Source: Octopus vulgaris (Eukaryota). Taken from it: a stretch of DNA of 64,000 nt. Of this stretch, positions 11,516 to 24,899 are shown piece after piece. A program made the position numbers and the translations under genes. Numbering within the stretch: position 1 is the stretch's first letter; each line of letters starts with the position of its first letter. The DNA lies in the NCBI GenBank assembly GCA_951406725.2, contig OX597819.1, forward strand, positions 83,886,001 to 83,950,000, given 5' to 3'. The notes under the pieces are model-generated. The model was given only the letters and a program-made list of their open reading frames with translations. It was not told the DNA's origin and made no database searches.

Positions 11516-14244
11516 ATAGTTATTATTTTATCTTTTAGTCACAAGAGAACAATGCCCATAGATATTTATAAGACCTCTGAGACTAGTGGTGGAGGAGAGA
11601 TTTATCTTCTGACCAGAAGCCTACCCCCAAATGCTTGCAACGAGAGAGGACTCTGCTAAAAAGCACCCAGGGTCCATAGATATGGGCATGATGTGTGCAG
11701 GCTGAATGTTTAGAATATTAAATCCTAAAACGAACAGATGCCACATATAAAGTTCAGAAGATAATCTGAATTTGTTGAATTTAAAACAGGAAAAGCTTAA
11801 GCAGCATTTTATAACAAAGGGTCATGGTTTGCTTTAGATTCTGTATGGCCCCTGAGCCAATAGATTTTGAATATGTAATTTTCAACCATTTAGATCTAAA
11901 CAATAGGAATGTGCATTATAAAAACAAATATAATGTAAAATAATCTAACTTCATAGAAGATTTATAATTTCATATCAAATTTATATTTTCCTAAAAAGGT
12001 TTTTTTGCATATTCCATAACTTTAATGGTTGATAGCAATTTGATAGCTTTTGACACGTTCATATTGCCTTGTTCATTTGTTTGGATAATGCATTGCTGTT
12101 TACTGTCTTCGTATTATATCAAAAGAAAATACAATCTCAAAGTATTTTTAAAAGGGTGCTCTTTAAAAAAAAGAGTTAATTTAAACATAAGATAATAAAA
12201 TAGGGCCCCATTACATATTAGGCCTTAAAACTTAAAAGGAGACTTTGGCAGATTCAGAGAGAGTCAGTTAAATATGATGGCCTTTTAAATCTAAAAGGGC
12301 CCAATAAATCAAAAGAAGGTCTGATAATTTTAAAAGAACTGTTTTGGATTAAAAGAAATTTTAACAAGTAAAAATATTATTTATTTTATCGCTGTGAATA
12401 TATTTTTGAATTTTTAACACAAAGCTTTAAGCTTCTGTGAGCTAAAGGGAGCTCCCAAGCATCGGAGGCCTCTGGGCCATTGCCTATATTGGCCCAAACA
12501 CAAATCCAGCCCTGCTAAGGACTAAACACTGATTCCCTGAACTATGACCTTGAACTGAAATACTGAAAGTATGATAATTTTCAGATACAAACAAAATTTT
12601 AAGTCCAATTTAGTACTGAACAGATCATGTCCATCATGATTTATTGTGCTAAAATAACTACTCAGTATAGACTACATGCCTCACAAAATTTACTTCAATG
12701 ATTAATAAATCTGTTGTTACCTTTTCTTATCATTTATGGTACACAGCCCGTGACCAACAATGAAGCTGTTGATCTTTTACTTTTCTGCTTCATGGAATTA
12801 CTCTTGTTTGCATGTTCTGAAATACTGGAGATCTAGGAAGACACATCATTCACTATTTTCCACATATGTCAATGTGATCTCTAGCAGTTTTCCTACTTCT
12901 CTATTTTAACAACCATATTCACCTGCATGAGGATCATTACATGAGCAACACAAAACATTATATAACAGAGTGTAGGTCTTCACAGGACTATGAAATATAA
13001 AAGCTATCTTTCTTTTTATATTACTGAATTAAGCTTCTTATAATCATCATGCCTTTAAAAATATGAGCAGCGTAGAAATACATTATCATGCTTATATATG
13101 CTTGTTTTTTGTTTTTATTTACAAGCAATGTTTGTTTTATTTTACAAACTTTGATGTTATATGTTGAAGCAATTTTACAACTCAATGCCTTCTCACAATT
13201 AAACACTCAACCATGAAGTGTTGTCAGTCAGATAGATTAGGCAAATAGACTTATACACTTTTATAAACTAATCTTAGTAGATTTTACTATCAATGATGTA
13301 CTATATATATATATATATATATACACACGCACACTCATACATGCACACATATACATATATACTCATAAACACACAATATATATGTAAATACCCACATATA
13401 TATCTATATAAACACATCTATATCTAGTACATTGTTGATAGTAACAAACTACTAATACTGAGATTAGTTTAGGAAATACTCTGCTTCTCAAATTACTTGT
13501 TAAATATTAGCTGTAAAATGATTTTAAAGTACTTTTGTGAAATCAGTAGTTTAAAACAACCGTAAAATACTTGTATAACAGCAGAGTTTAAACTGTTGAC
13601 TAATCTATCACTGATAAAGCAAAACAACATACATGTGTCAAAAATACACTGATAACAAATTTGATTCTAGTGAATTAATCCATTTTATCATTTCATGCAT
13701 CTCCTCAGTCTTTTAACAACTTAATTTTTTTATATACTTAGTGTTGGGGAGGATGAGAATATTTTGTGTGTTTCTGAGAAAAATATTAGGTTGTTTTTGT
13801 TGGTGTTGTAATTTTTTATTAACAACCAGTAATCATCTTTACTGCACTTTACTAGCACTCATGTCCAGCACATTTGATATGTTAAGACTATTTGATGTGT
13901 CGTGAGCACATCTCAGAATACAAGATATCAAGAGTGCCAATTTTGGTCAAACTTTATCATTTATTAAGAATTTTTCTCTTTTTTAACTTGAATATATGGA
14001 AATGATTTTAAAGTATTAAGGAGCTTCTTGAAAGGAAACTGCCAGCTTTAAAAATCAGAGTGTTGTTTAGATTCAAATCAGCTTATTATCTAAAGCATTC
14101 CAACCAGTGATCATCCTGTACTTTTTTGTCTTTCAGCATATTGCAAGACTGACTACATAATCCAATGTATATTTTCTTTTCAATATTGTAGAGAAGATTA
14201 AGGTAGTGATCAGGCAGCTTTAAAAATCAGAGTGTTGTTTAGAT

Positions 14245-14430
14245 TCAGGCAAAATGCTTCTGGGCATTTTGTTCATCTTTACGTTCTGAGTTCAAAGACC
14301 TCTAAGGTTGACTTTGCCTTTCATATTTTCAGAATTGATACAATAAGTACCAGTTGATCACCAGATGCAATGTAATCCACTTACTCCTTCCCTTGAAATT
14401 ATTGGCCTTGTGCCAAAATTTGAAACCAAT
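14245..14430 (+). mobile_element. Meta-like SINE (CpG-decayed)
   Basis: CTTTACGTTCTGAGTTCAAA..GTTGACTTTGCCTTTCAT..GGCCTTGTGCCAAAATTTGAAACC. Confidence 0.75.
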
Positions 14431-15514
14431 ATTGTAGGGAAGACTTAATGGAGATTTGGTTACTATTTCTAGCTAGTGAAGTGTGCCTGTAAAAGCTCTT
14501 GCATAAACAGATTAGTGAAGTGGCAAAAGCAAGAGCTTTTTATACAATTCTGTTCAGTCACTTCTCCAAGAAATCCAAGTACACATACATTCTGCATACA
14601 AATACACATGTATACATGTCTTTCCCATTTTTGCCCTGCATCATTTATCAAATTTCTCTAATCTCAAAAACTGCACTATACAATTCTTGTTAATATAAAC
14701 CAATTTCCTCAGATTCCTCGGTTTATTTTTAAGATTGAAAAATACATTTTTCAAAGTGTCATTTCATGTTTCCCCAGTTCACTGTGAATTCACAAGTTTT
14801 TTACTGTAGATAGGATTTGTATCTTAAGCATCATGCTTGATATTTCTGATTTTGTATTTGAAAGCATTAAAGGTTGTGAACTATAGGATTGGGTCTACTT
14901 TGCCTTACATCCTTCTTGGAAAGATAAAATTAGCAACCATCAAATGCTAGGATTGATTTAATCAACTTTATGCTTCTCCCAAAATGTGAGTCCTTGTGTT
15001 GATGTTATAAATCATTATTTTACTTAGATTAATTAAAAAAGTTGATAACTCACAAAAATCTTCTTAATTCCTGTAATTAAAAAAAAACATTTTCTTTTTT
15101 GAGATATAACTGGGAAGAAATTACCATATGATTACCAGGAACAGTACCATCAAATTCTAAGATCTATATCAAAAGCAAAACTTCTAATACAAGTACAACA
15201 CTGATTTTCTGGACACAGACAGTTTAGAACCTCTTATAATCTACACTAATTTACAAGCAGGAATTTCAAATTCTTGCAGCTACCAGACTAGTTTACTGGG
15301 CAGTCCTGTTTCACAGTACTTTGCGTGGTACCTTAAACTTGTATCAGTTACACTAATGTACAAATATCTGTATTTCCATTTAATTATTTCAGTGAATTTA
15401 ATATGTATTTAATCTAGAAGTGACCACCCCTTCTTTGGAAAAATCAGTAATCTGGAAATGCTTTGAAACAAAAGATTCAAAAAAATTTATGTTGTACCTG
15501 TAATGTAATTAAAT

Positions 15515-15720
15515 GAAGGTAGGAATAATAGCCAACTAGGTAAACTGCTTAATGGCATTTCATCCATCTTTGCATTCTCAGTCCAAGTTCCACTGAGTCA
15601 ACTTTGCCTTTCATCCTCTCATGGTCAATAAATTAAGTACCAGTCAAAAACTGGGGTTTATGTAATTGGCTAGTCCCCTCCACCAAAATTTCAGGCTTTG
15701 AGCCTATAGCAGAAATAATT
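15515..15720 (+). mobile_element. Meta-like SINE (CpG-decayed)
   Basis: GTCAACTTTGCCTTTCATCC..AATTAAGTACCAGTC..AAATTTCAGGC. Confidence 0.7.
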
Positions 15721-17654
15721 ATTAAATATTATTTTGTCTCCAGTAACATTACTGGGTTTGCCCCTCCTTTGCAGTTACAACCATGAGGAACTATAAGTAG
15801 CCTTTTCCCAACTTTGGATTCACAACATTATTTTGATTTGCTTTAAACACATGTTCTTGGATCCCTTGCACCTCCATGATTTTGGTAAAACATAATTGTC
15901 TTCAGGAAACCTAATATGAATGTATTTGTGGACAGGACATTTATCTTTTTGTGCTTAAGGTTTTCCTTTAGTCGGGTATGAAACAATATAAATGTTGATT
16001 CATCAAGCATGCAACATATTGTATTGGTCTACGTATTATCAATACCTTCCTGTGGTGGCTCGTGTATAGGCACTGCAGCACTTCCTATTTCCACTTGATA
16101 TTATCAATAACATTTAATATAATGAGTCCTTTTTACTTTAATTCTTTCTTCATACTTGTACATTATATAATCCTTAAGCTTAATGTCAGTAGCCATCCCC
16201 TAGTTTATGAGAAAAATACAAAAATCTTTGTATAGAACTGTGCACTTCACAGTTCCAGCGATGTGGTGTTTGGCTGTTGTGCACATGCTCATATGTCCGA
16301 GATAGGAAGCTTCATGCTAGGGAGAGAGAGCACTGCACGAATGACAGTGGCAGGTGAAAGGTAGTATTTCTTTTTGACTCCATGTATGTTATGCTTAAAA
16401 ACATGTTTATATTCTTGAATGGGATAAAGTGTAGAATTAAATTATTATCCTGCTTCCAGCTTCAGTGTTGCTGCCAGGACTTGAAAAATAGGGCACATTT
16501 CCCTGCCTTATTTTGTAATTTGGCGGGGAAGATTTTTGAAAAAAAAGGGGGAATTCATGGCAGTGTTCAGCGAACAAATTAAACACACTACCCAGCAGTG
16601 GCTAAAATGCCAACCAATCAAGCTTATGTATAAATCTTTTTATATGTTAGTTTCCTTTTATGCAATATTAAAACAGCTAAAAATTTTCAGAAGCAGCACC
16701 CCAACTAATTTTATCTACAAGCTGCCCCTGGGACCTTCATATACAGAACATAACTGACCCATCTGGAATTTATTCCAATTAAGAAGCTTCAATACTAAGC
16801 AATGGTGAAGTGAGTGTTTCCTAACATATTTCTATAAAATTATTATTTGTTGTTCAATATTGTCATATACATGGAGTAAGCCGGATTTAAAAATTATGCT
16901 ACAAATGGCACACATAGATAAACAATATTTCACTACATGATAGAAAACCATTAAAACAACTCTTTTATTTTTTTTCTTACCTTGTGGGGTTCTGCAAATT
17001 TAGGAAAATAAATGAATTGCTGGAACAAATTCATTTTTTTTTTGTAGCTGTCATATTCAAGTGGCTTTTATTTCAACTAAGTTGACTGAACAAACAGTGA
17101 CAGTTTGATTTAAGGTCACATCTAAATGCATGTGTGTGTGTGAGAGAGTGTGTGTGCATGCATGTGTGTGAAAACATAAACTTGCACTGCCAACCTTTAG
17201 ATCTTGAGTTCACACCCATTGCAAGTATTTAACTCCCCATGCATCAGTTTCTTAATTGTCACTCAAAGTATTAAATTATCAGTAACAGGCATTGCTCATT
17301 AATGTTACATATCTCTTATACGTAATGCTATGAAATGAGAACTAATTTTTATGAGGTTTTCAGGAGTTTAGAGAAACACATATACATACACACACATTCA
17401 TGTATGTATATATAGATATATATTTGCATATAGACAATATGCAAATTGCAGTTATAGAGTTGATAGGGCATCAAGGAACCAGATGAAGGAAAGACTATGG
17501 TTCATATCCTATCATGGCAAGTAATTTGCTGCATCTGTCACTCAAAGCATTTAATTATCAATAACTTAGTGCACAGACCTGTAAATAGGTTACAACAGGC
17601 ACTGTATGGGACCCCAATATATACATATATGATATATATTTTTTTTCTATTATG

Positions 17655-18005
17655 AAGGGTTTTCTACCTTAATATTAAACTATTTTCTATAATCAATATA
17701 CGGTGAAGGCTTATAATTCTATTTACAAAAATATTTCAACTGCCACCGTTTTCTAATTGATGCAGAATTTGCATACTTACATGTTTACTGCTATGAGATT
17801 ATATTTCCTGAATTTTTCAAAAAAAATTGTGGGTATGTTGATATAATTGGTTAGCAAACTTATCACAAAAATAAGAGGCGTGGGTTTGATTCCCATGCAT
17901 ACTAATATTCACTTTTTTCCGTTACAGGGGTTCTTATGTCCTAATATTAGACTATTTTCTATAGTCAATATACAATGAAAGCTTATAATTCTATTTACAA
18001 AAAAA
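17655..18005 (+). repeat. ~78-bp direct repeats around a tRNA-like segment
   Basis: TAATATTA(A/G)ACTATTTTCTATA(A/G)TCAATATAC..GCTTATAATTCTATTTACAAAAA at about 17657-17733 and 17926-18005. Between them are A/B-box-like TATAATTGGTTAG and GGGTTTGATTCCC. Confidence 0.55.
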
Positions 18006-18603
18006 ATTATGCATGCATATATGTGTGTGTGTGTGCATGCTTTTGTATATTCCCCTCACCACTTGACAACCAGTGTTAGTTTATTTACGTCCTCATAACT
18101 GGCAAAAGACACTGGTAGGCCCAGCATGGCCACAGTCCAACAAATGAAACCAGCAAAACATTAAAAAAATCCACTGATATAAACAGCTGTAGAATTGTGG
18201 CATTGTAAAAATGATGTCTCATTAGCTTGCAATGCTGAGTTCAACTCTTCCCTAACACCCTGACACTACCAGGTTGACTTGACCAAGATACATCATATCA
18301 CAGTTTCGGTGGTCGTATGACTCACTGATTTATGAATCACTTCAAACATATACAAGTGTTTGTGTGTATAGATGAATTTGCCTGTTCTGTGGTAGCTGAA
18401 CTCTATTTATTTAGACTCATCAAATTTCATGTGTGCATATGCACAATTACACACACACACTGAGACAAAAAAATATGCTCCCAGTCCCTAAATGCTGAAG
18501 TTTTAAAAAACACTCCTCTGTGTAGAAAACTGAACGTAAAAAATAATATTTATGTGTAGAAGGAAAATTATGCAACTAAATATACAGCATAACAACAATT
18601 TAT

Positions 18604-18647
<44 letters not shown>

Positions 18648-18649
<2 letters not shown>

Positions 18650-19264
18650 TTTTATTTGTTTCAGTCATTTGACTGGCCATGCTGGAGCTTTAGTCGAATA
18701 AATTGACCCAGGACTGATTCTTTGTAAGCCTAGTACTTATTCTATCGGTCTCTTTTGCTGAACTGCTAAGTTACAGAGATGTAAACACACCAACATTGGT
18801 TGTCAAGCAATGGTGGTGGTGGGGAACATATATATATATATATATATTTCTTTACTACCCACAAGGGGCTAGACACAGAGAGGTCAAACAAGGACAGACA
18901 AACGGATTAAGTCGAATACATCAACCCCAGTGCGTAACTGGTACTTAATTTATCGACCCCGAAAGGATGAAAGGCAAAGTCGACCTCGGCGGAATTTGAA
19001 CTCAGTACGTAGCGACGGGCGAAATACCTCTAAGCATTTTGTCCAGTGTGCTAACGTTTCTGCCAGCTCGCCGCCTTTATATATATATATATATAAATAT
19101 ATATGACAGGCTTCTTTCAGTTTCCGTCTACCAAATCCACTCAGAAGGCTTTGGTCAGCCTGAGACTATAGTAAAAGACACTTGCCCAAGGTGCCACGCA
19201 GTAGGACTGAACCCCAGACCATGTGGCTGGTAAGCAAGCTACTTAGCACACAGCCATGCCTGCA

Positions 19265-19267
<3 letters not shown>
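18648..19267 (-). mobile_element. tRNA-derived SINE with a Meta-like SINE nested in its internal (TA)n (18847-19076)
   Basis: Body at 18648-18826 and head at 19103-19267 match the 7708 family. The nested copy keeps its CpGs, so it is probably young. Confidence 0.8.
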
Positions 19268-19308
<41 letters not shown>

Positions 19309-19344
19309 AACACACACACACGTACACATGTATGTGCGCGTGTG

Positions 19345-19375
<31 letters not shown>

Positions 19376-19396
19376 AAACAAAACTGTGGATACATG

Positions 19397-19545
19397 CAGG
19401 CATGGTCATATGCTTAAGAAGTTCACTTCCTAACCATATACTTTCAGGTTCAGTCTTTCTATGCAAGTGTCTTCTACAATAGCTCTGGGCCAATCTAAGA
19501 ATGTTGAGTAGATTTGCTAATTAGAAACTGAAAGAAGCCCATCTT
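19397..19545 (+). mobile_element. SINE head, head-to-head with the 19103-19267 copy
   Basis: GCAAGTGTCTTCTACAATAGCTCTGGGCC..GAAACTGAAAGAAGCCC. Confidence 0.7.
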
Positions 19546-19654
19546 GTATGTATGTGTATATATACATGTATGTATGTATGTGCGTGTGTGTGTGTATCTC
19601 TGTTTTTGCTAAGGGCTGTAATGTTGCTGTCATTTTGCTCATCAACAGGTCATC

Positions 19655-19800
19655 TTATTTCTTTACTACCCACAAGGGGTTAAACATATAGGGGAAAAGC
19701 AAGGACAGACAAAGGGATTAAGTCGATTACATCGACCCCAGTGCATAACTGGTACTTAATTTATCGATCCCTAAAGGATGAAGAGCAAAGTCGACCTCAT
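19655..19800 (-). mobile_element. Partial Meta-like SINE
   Basis: Nearly identical to 18847-18988 (TTTCTTTACTACCCACAAGGGG..AAAGTCGACCTC). Confidence 0.75.
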
Positions 19801-19954
19801 CATCTGCTGGCTTTTCACTTTCAAAGATGTATAGAATTCCTGTCACTAACTCTTACTTAGAAAGCAAGTTAGGGTTAGAGACAGGAAGTGTCTGCTATAA
19901 AACAATGCCTAAAAAATGACTTATGGTAGCCTGAAAAAACAGACATATAAATTG

Positions 19955-19991
<37 letters not shown>

Positions 19992-20042
19992 CGTTTTCTG
20001 TAATGATTTCGTAAGCAGTGTTGAATTTACAATTTTGTAAAT

Positions 20043-20245
20043 AATAATATTTTATAAGCTTAAAGCTTATAAGTGATAACCATGTACTGACTAAAGAAAA
20101 TGTTGGGGCATACAAGCCCTCAATGTAAAAAAGTAAGGAAAACCCTACTTTTTCTGTTAAGGGCTTACATGTCCCAATATTAGACCATTTTCTTTAGGCA
20201 ATACATATTGATTGTTTATAAGCTTTAAGCTTATAAAATATTATT
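20043..20245. repeat. Long imperfect palindrome (~100-bp arms, 4-nt loop)
   Basis: AATAATATTTTATAAGCTTAAAGCTTATAA..AAAAAGTAAGG-AAAA-CCCTACTTTTT..TTATAAGCTTTAAGCTTATAAAATATTATT. Confidence 0.85.
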
Positions 20246-20719
20246 GCATTTTTATATATGCCTGAAAGATTGCTTGGAGATACTTAGGGTATTTTATAAA
20301 TATACTTACTTAAAGTATTGTAAAAGCTTGAAACTATTAGAAGCTCTTTTGGTTGTGTATTAAATTAATATTTATCTCTCACTGGACGGATTGCTTTTTT
20401 GTCGATTTTACATATACAGGCTCCATATATATATATATATATGTGTGTGTGTATATATACGTAAATATGTGTATATATATATTTATAAATGCATGTTTAT
20501 ATATATATATATATATATAAACGTATATATGTGTGTGTGTATATATATATTTATTTATAAATGTGTGTGTGTGTATATGTTACAAACTTATACATATCAA
20601 ATAAAATAAAACACTTGTAAAGTTGCTAAGTACATTACTTTCTTTTTAAAAAATTCATTTTTTATTGAAATCATTTTACAAAAACAAAGAAAATAAGTTA
20701 AATTATATATATATATAAC

Positions 20720-21038
20720 TTGCACTCTGTTGATTATGACAGTGAATGTTCCAGTTGGTCCAATTAACAGAGCAGACCTCTTGTGAAATTAATATGCAAG
20801 TAGTTGAGCACTCCACAAACATGCATACTCTAAATGTAGTTCTCGGAGATTCAGCATGACACAGAATGTGACAAAGCTGGCCCTTTTGAATTACAGATAC
20901 AATTCATTTTTGCCAGCTGAGCAGACTAGAGCAATGTGAAGTAAAGTGTCTTGCTCAAGGACATGATGCACTACCAGGAATCAAACTCCCAACTTTAAGA
21001 TTACAAACCAAATACTCTAATCACTAAGCCATGTGCCT
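20720..21038 (-). mobile_element. tRNA/CORE-like SINE
   Basis: Reverse-complement homologue of 44175-44480 along its length. Confidence 0.75.
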
Positions 21039-21556
21039 ACACACATGTCTGTGTGTGTTGTGCCTGTGTTTGACCCACCATCATTTGACAACTGGTGTTG
21101 GTTTGTTTACAACTCCGTAGCTTAATAGTCAGGCAATAGAACCTACGAGAATAAGTACCAGACTTAAAAAATAAACGCTAAAGTAAATTTGTTCAGTTAA
21201 AAACTATCTAAGGTGGTGCCCCAACATGGTCGCAATCAAATGACTGAAACAAGTAAAAAGAAAAAGAAAAAAAAGAGAAACAAACAGAAACATCATAATT
21301 TTAGTTTGACTTTAAATTTATTGCATAAAGAGTTTTTTTGTTTTTTTTTTCATAAAATGTCTTTGTAATATCATGCAATCACACTTTCCTTGCAAGGAAT
21401 AAGTGATCTGAGATTTTGACTGATTGAAGTCTCCCCCATACCATTATGCCACAACCCCTAAATCTTGTGAATTTTACTTTTGACTTTCTCAAACATCTAT
21501 GATGACCAAGTAGGAAGGTATGATAAAATTTGATTCATTTGAAGAATATACACAAG

Positions 21557-21965
21557 CATAGCTGTGTGGTAGGAAGTTTGCTTCCCAACTACATAGTTCT
21601 GGATTCAGTCCCACTATATAGCACCTATGGTAAGTGTCTTCTGCAATAGCGCCCCAGGATAACCTGAGCCTTGTCAATGAATTTGGTAGACAGAAACTGA
21701 AAGAAGCCCATCATGTATATGAGTGTGTGTTTGTGTTTCCTTGTCTTGACATTATGTGATAGTTGTAAATGATAGTCATTGTCAAGGAGCGGAGTTGTTC
21801 CTTTTCACTATTCTATCAGAACATTCTAGCTAGGAATATACATTACCTTGCTGAGGATCAGGTGAGGGTTGACAACAGGAAGGGCATCCAGCTATAGGAA
21901 AATCTGCTTCAAATAAACTGTCAAACCCATGCAAGTATGAAAAAATGGACATTAAATGATGAGGA
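21557..21965 (+). mobile_element. tRNA-head SINE with RTE-type 3' tail
   Basis: Head as at 7708; tail GACAACAGGAAGGGCATCCAGC..ACCCATGCAAGTATGAAAAAATGGACATTAAATGATGA. Confidence 0.75.
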
Positions 21966-22847
21966 CAGCATGTTAGTTTGATATAAACAACTAGATCTGC
22001 CTCAAATCACATCGTTTTATCTCGGACAAGATGGAACATACTGGAATATTCAACCTCGGAGAGACTATCTGGAAAACAGACAGTGTAGTCACAAATGAAA
22101 TGCTTTTGAGCTGACCTGGGATGAAACAGTAGCAATAATAACAGTTTTGGGAGTATGGTTATGGTTTAAAAAATAGGTTTTTGCCAACAATTTTCAAACA
22201 TAAACCTTGCTAAAATATTTGGTTCATTTCAAGAACCTTCTAATGCTCTACTAGATTGCTTAAAGTGAAAATCTTTGATATAAAAAAAAAATGGTTAATG
22301 TGTTTCCTGTTGCTTGGGGCTAGTTTTATGAGTCTTCTCTTATCTTAAGAATTCAGACCCTTTTTGTTTTCTGCCAGACTGACTTATTTACTGATAGTTG
22401 ACACCCTTTCTTAAATTTGATGGACTGTTGTTCTATATATGGTGATAACTAGACTATCTAATTTACATGTTTTCAAGTTCTTTTTATGACTTTGAAGAAA
22501 CCATTATAAACTGAAAGTATATTTATCCAAATGGAAGGTGACAAATTGAAATGTTTATGTGTATTTCCTTTAGTGGAATTATCATGTCTAAAATGGAATG
22601 TGAGATCTAACACTTTCATCACATTAAAAACTAATAAAAGTAACACATGAAAATGAAAAAGATGTTCCTGCACAAATTTTAAGAAAAGATTAAATGGAAG
22701 AACAAAGATGAAAATTTTTTAAAATGATCATAAAAAAGAAATGAAAATAATAACAAAACACTTTTTTTAATTTAAAAATTAAACCACATAATCAGTCATT
22801 AAATAGCAAAAAAAAAATCTTGATTTATAAGGAAATTGTTTTCTATC

Positions 22848-23330
22848 ATCATCATCATTTCAATGTCCACTTTTCCATGCTGACATGAGTAAGATAGAAT
22901 TCATTATGGCAGATTTTCTACAGCAGGAAGCCCTTCCTGTTGCCAACTTTCACCTGTTTCCAAGCAAGATGACATTTCCCCATGACAAGACCCGTTTTTG
23001 CAGAAGATTGTAAATGAATAACACTGCTTGTATGAAGGTGACATTCATTTACGACTATCCAATGTCAAAACAAGGAGACACAAACATAGACACACACACA
23101 ATTTATATGTGTGTGTTATGTATGTGTGTATCATTATCATCATCATCATTTTAACATCCATTTTTCTATGTGTATATGTGTGTATGGGGGGATGTATGTA
23201 TGTATGTACAACAAGTTTCTGTCAGTTTTTATCAGCTAAATCCACTTGCAACGCTTTGGTCAGCCTGGTACTATAGTAGAAGACACCACAGGGTTGGGAA
23301 AGAAACTTTTTAACAATACAGCCATACCAT
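22848..23330 (-). mobile_element. tRNA-head SINE with RTE-type 3' tail
   Basis: (CAT)n tail at 22848; reverse homologue of the 21557 family. Confidence 0.65.
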
Positions 23331-23661
23331 GGAAATAAAACAAAACTTCAACAAGTGTTGCATCATTTTCCTTTTTTAAACTAGAGAAAGAGAGAACAGT
23401 AGCTATAAAAAGCAAGTAAAAATGAAGCTAGTACACAAAAGATAAATGCTGTCACAGCCCACACTACTATATCGTCTATCAGTTGATATTCAATAAATTA
23501 TTCACTGGTGTAACTTTGGCAAGTAGTGTATGAGAAAAATTATCAAAGACAGCATACAACATATTTACACTTTTACTGGTTTCAATCATCGGGCTATGGC
23601 TATACTGGAGGAACACCCTTGAGCCAATGATAACCCTGGGAATTGGTATTTACTTTACAAT

Positions 23662-23718
<57 letters not shown>

Positions 23719-24899
23719 TATATTAACAGGTGGCCAAGGTTAACTTTTGATGCAAAGGAATCCAACTCAATGCATCATTTTCCACAACATCAGAGCATGC
23801 AAAGATACACACACACATATCTATCTATCTTTCTATATATCATTGTCATCCATACATACAGGCTTGTCCTTTACAAGTGCCAGAGTCACATAAAATGCGC
23901 TTGTGCTGGTGCTGTATAAATGCACCCAGCACATTCTGAAAAGTGGTTGCCATTAAGAAGGGCATCCAGCTGTAGAAACCATACTATAACAGACAATTGA
24001 AGTCTGGCCAGCTCCATGTCAAACCATCCAACCCATGCCAGCATGGAAAACCGACTTGATATGATGATATATATATGATGGTCTTATCCACTCCATGCTT
24101 AGTTTTTAAATCTACCAACTATTCCGTTGGTCTCTTTTGTTGAACCATTAAGTTTCAGGGAATTAAACATGCACACACACACACACATGATGGGCTTCCA
24201 CTAAGGTCCGTCAATCAAATTCACTCACAATAAATTAGTCACCCCGAGGCTGTAGTAGAAGACACTTGCCCATGGTGTCATGCAGAGGTACTGTACTCAA
24301 AATCACATGGTTGCAAAGCAAGCTTCTATTCAAGTTCTTGCTCTCCTACATGGGTAGCTTGTGATAACATCATACATGTATGTTCCATTTTAGCATGCTA
24401 CCATAGCTGGGTACATCTCTGTCATCAACCACTTTACATAGTGCACTGGTACTGGCATTAGAGTGCTTATACCAACAGGCCAGACTACTGGGGGTGGGGG
24501 GGCTCTCTCTTGTTTATCAATTCTTATTCAGAGTTACTGCACCTACTAGGCAGATAGCCACTCATTCATACACTCCACCTTGGCACATAGCTTAAATAGA
24601 ATGTCATGTGGAAAATAAATATCATCGTCTCGAACAGATGCTAAATGATGATGAGGCTGTGTGTAAATATATATAGATAGATAGATATAGACATGTACAC
24701 ATACAAATATATTTTTGTTGTTGCTCCTATTTATAATTATTTTCTGAGGTCAACTTTGCCTTTCACCCTTTTGGGGTCAACGAAATAAGTACCAGTTAAA
24801 CACCAGGATCCATGTAATCAATTAGTCTTTTCCCCAAAAATTTCAGGCTTTGTATCTATAATAGAAAGGATTATTATTATTATTATTATTATTATAGGC

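Noticed and set aside
14491-14540. 12-bp inverted repeat AAAAGCTCTTGC/GCAAGAGCTTTT as a pre-miRNA
   Set aside because: The 26-nt loop and poor stem extension do not fit miRNA hairpin geometry.
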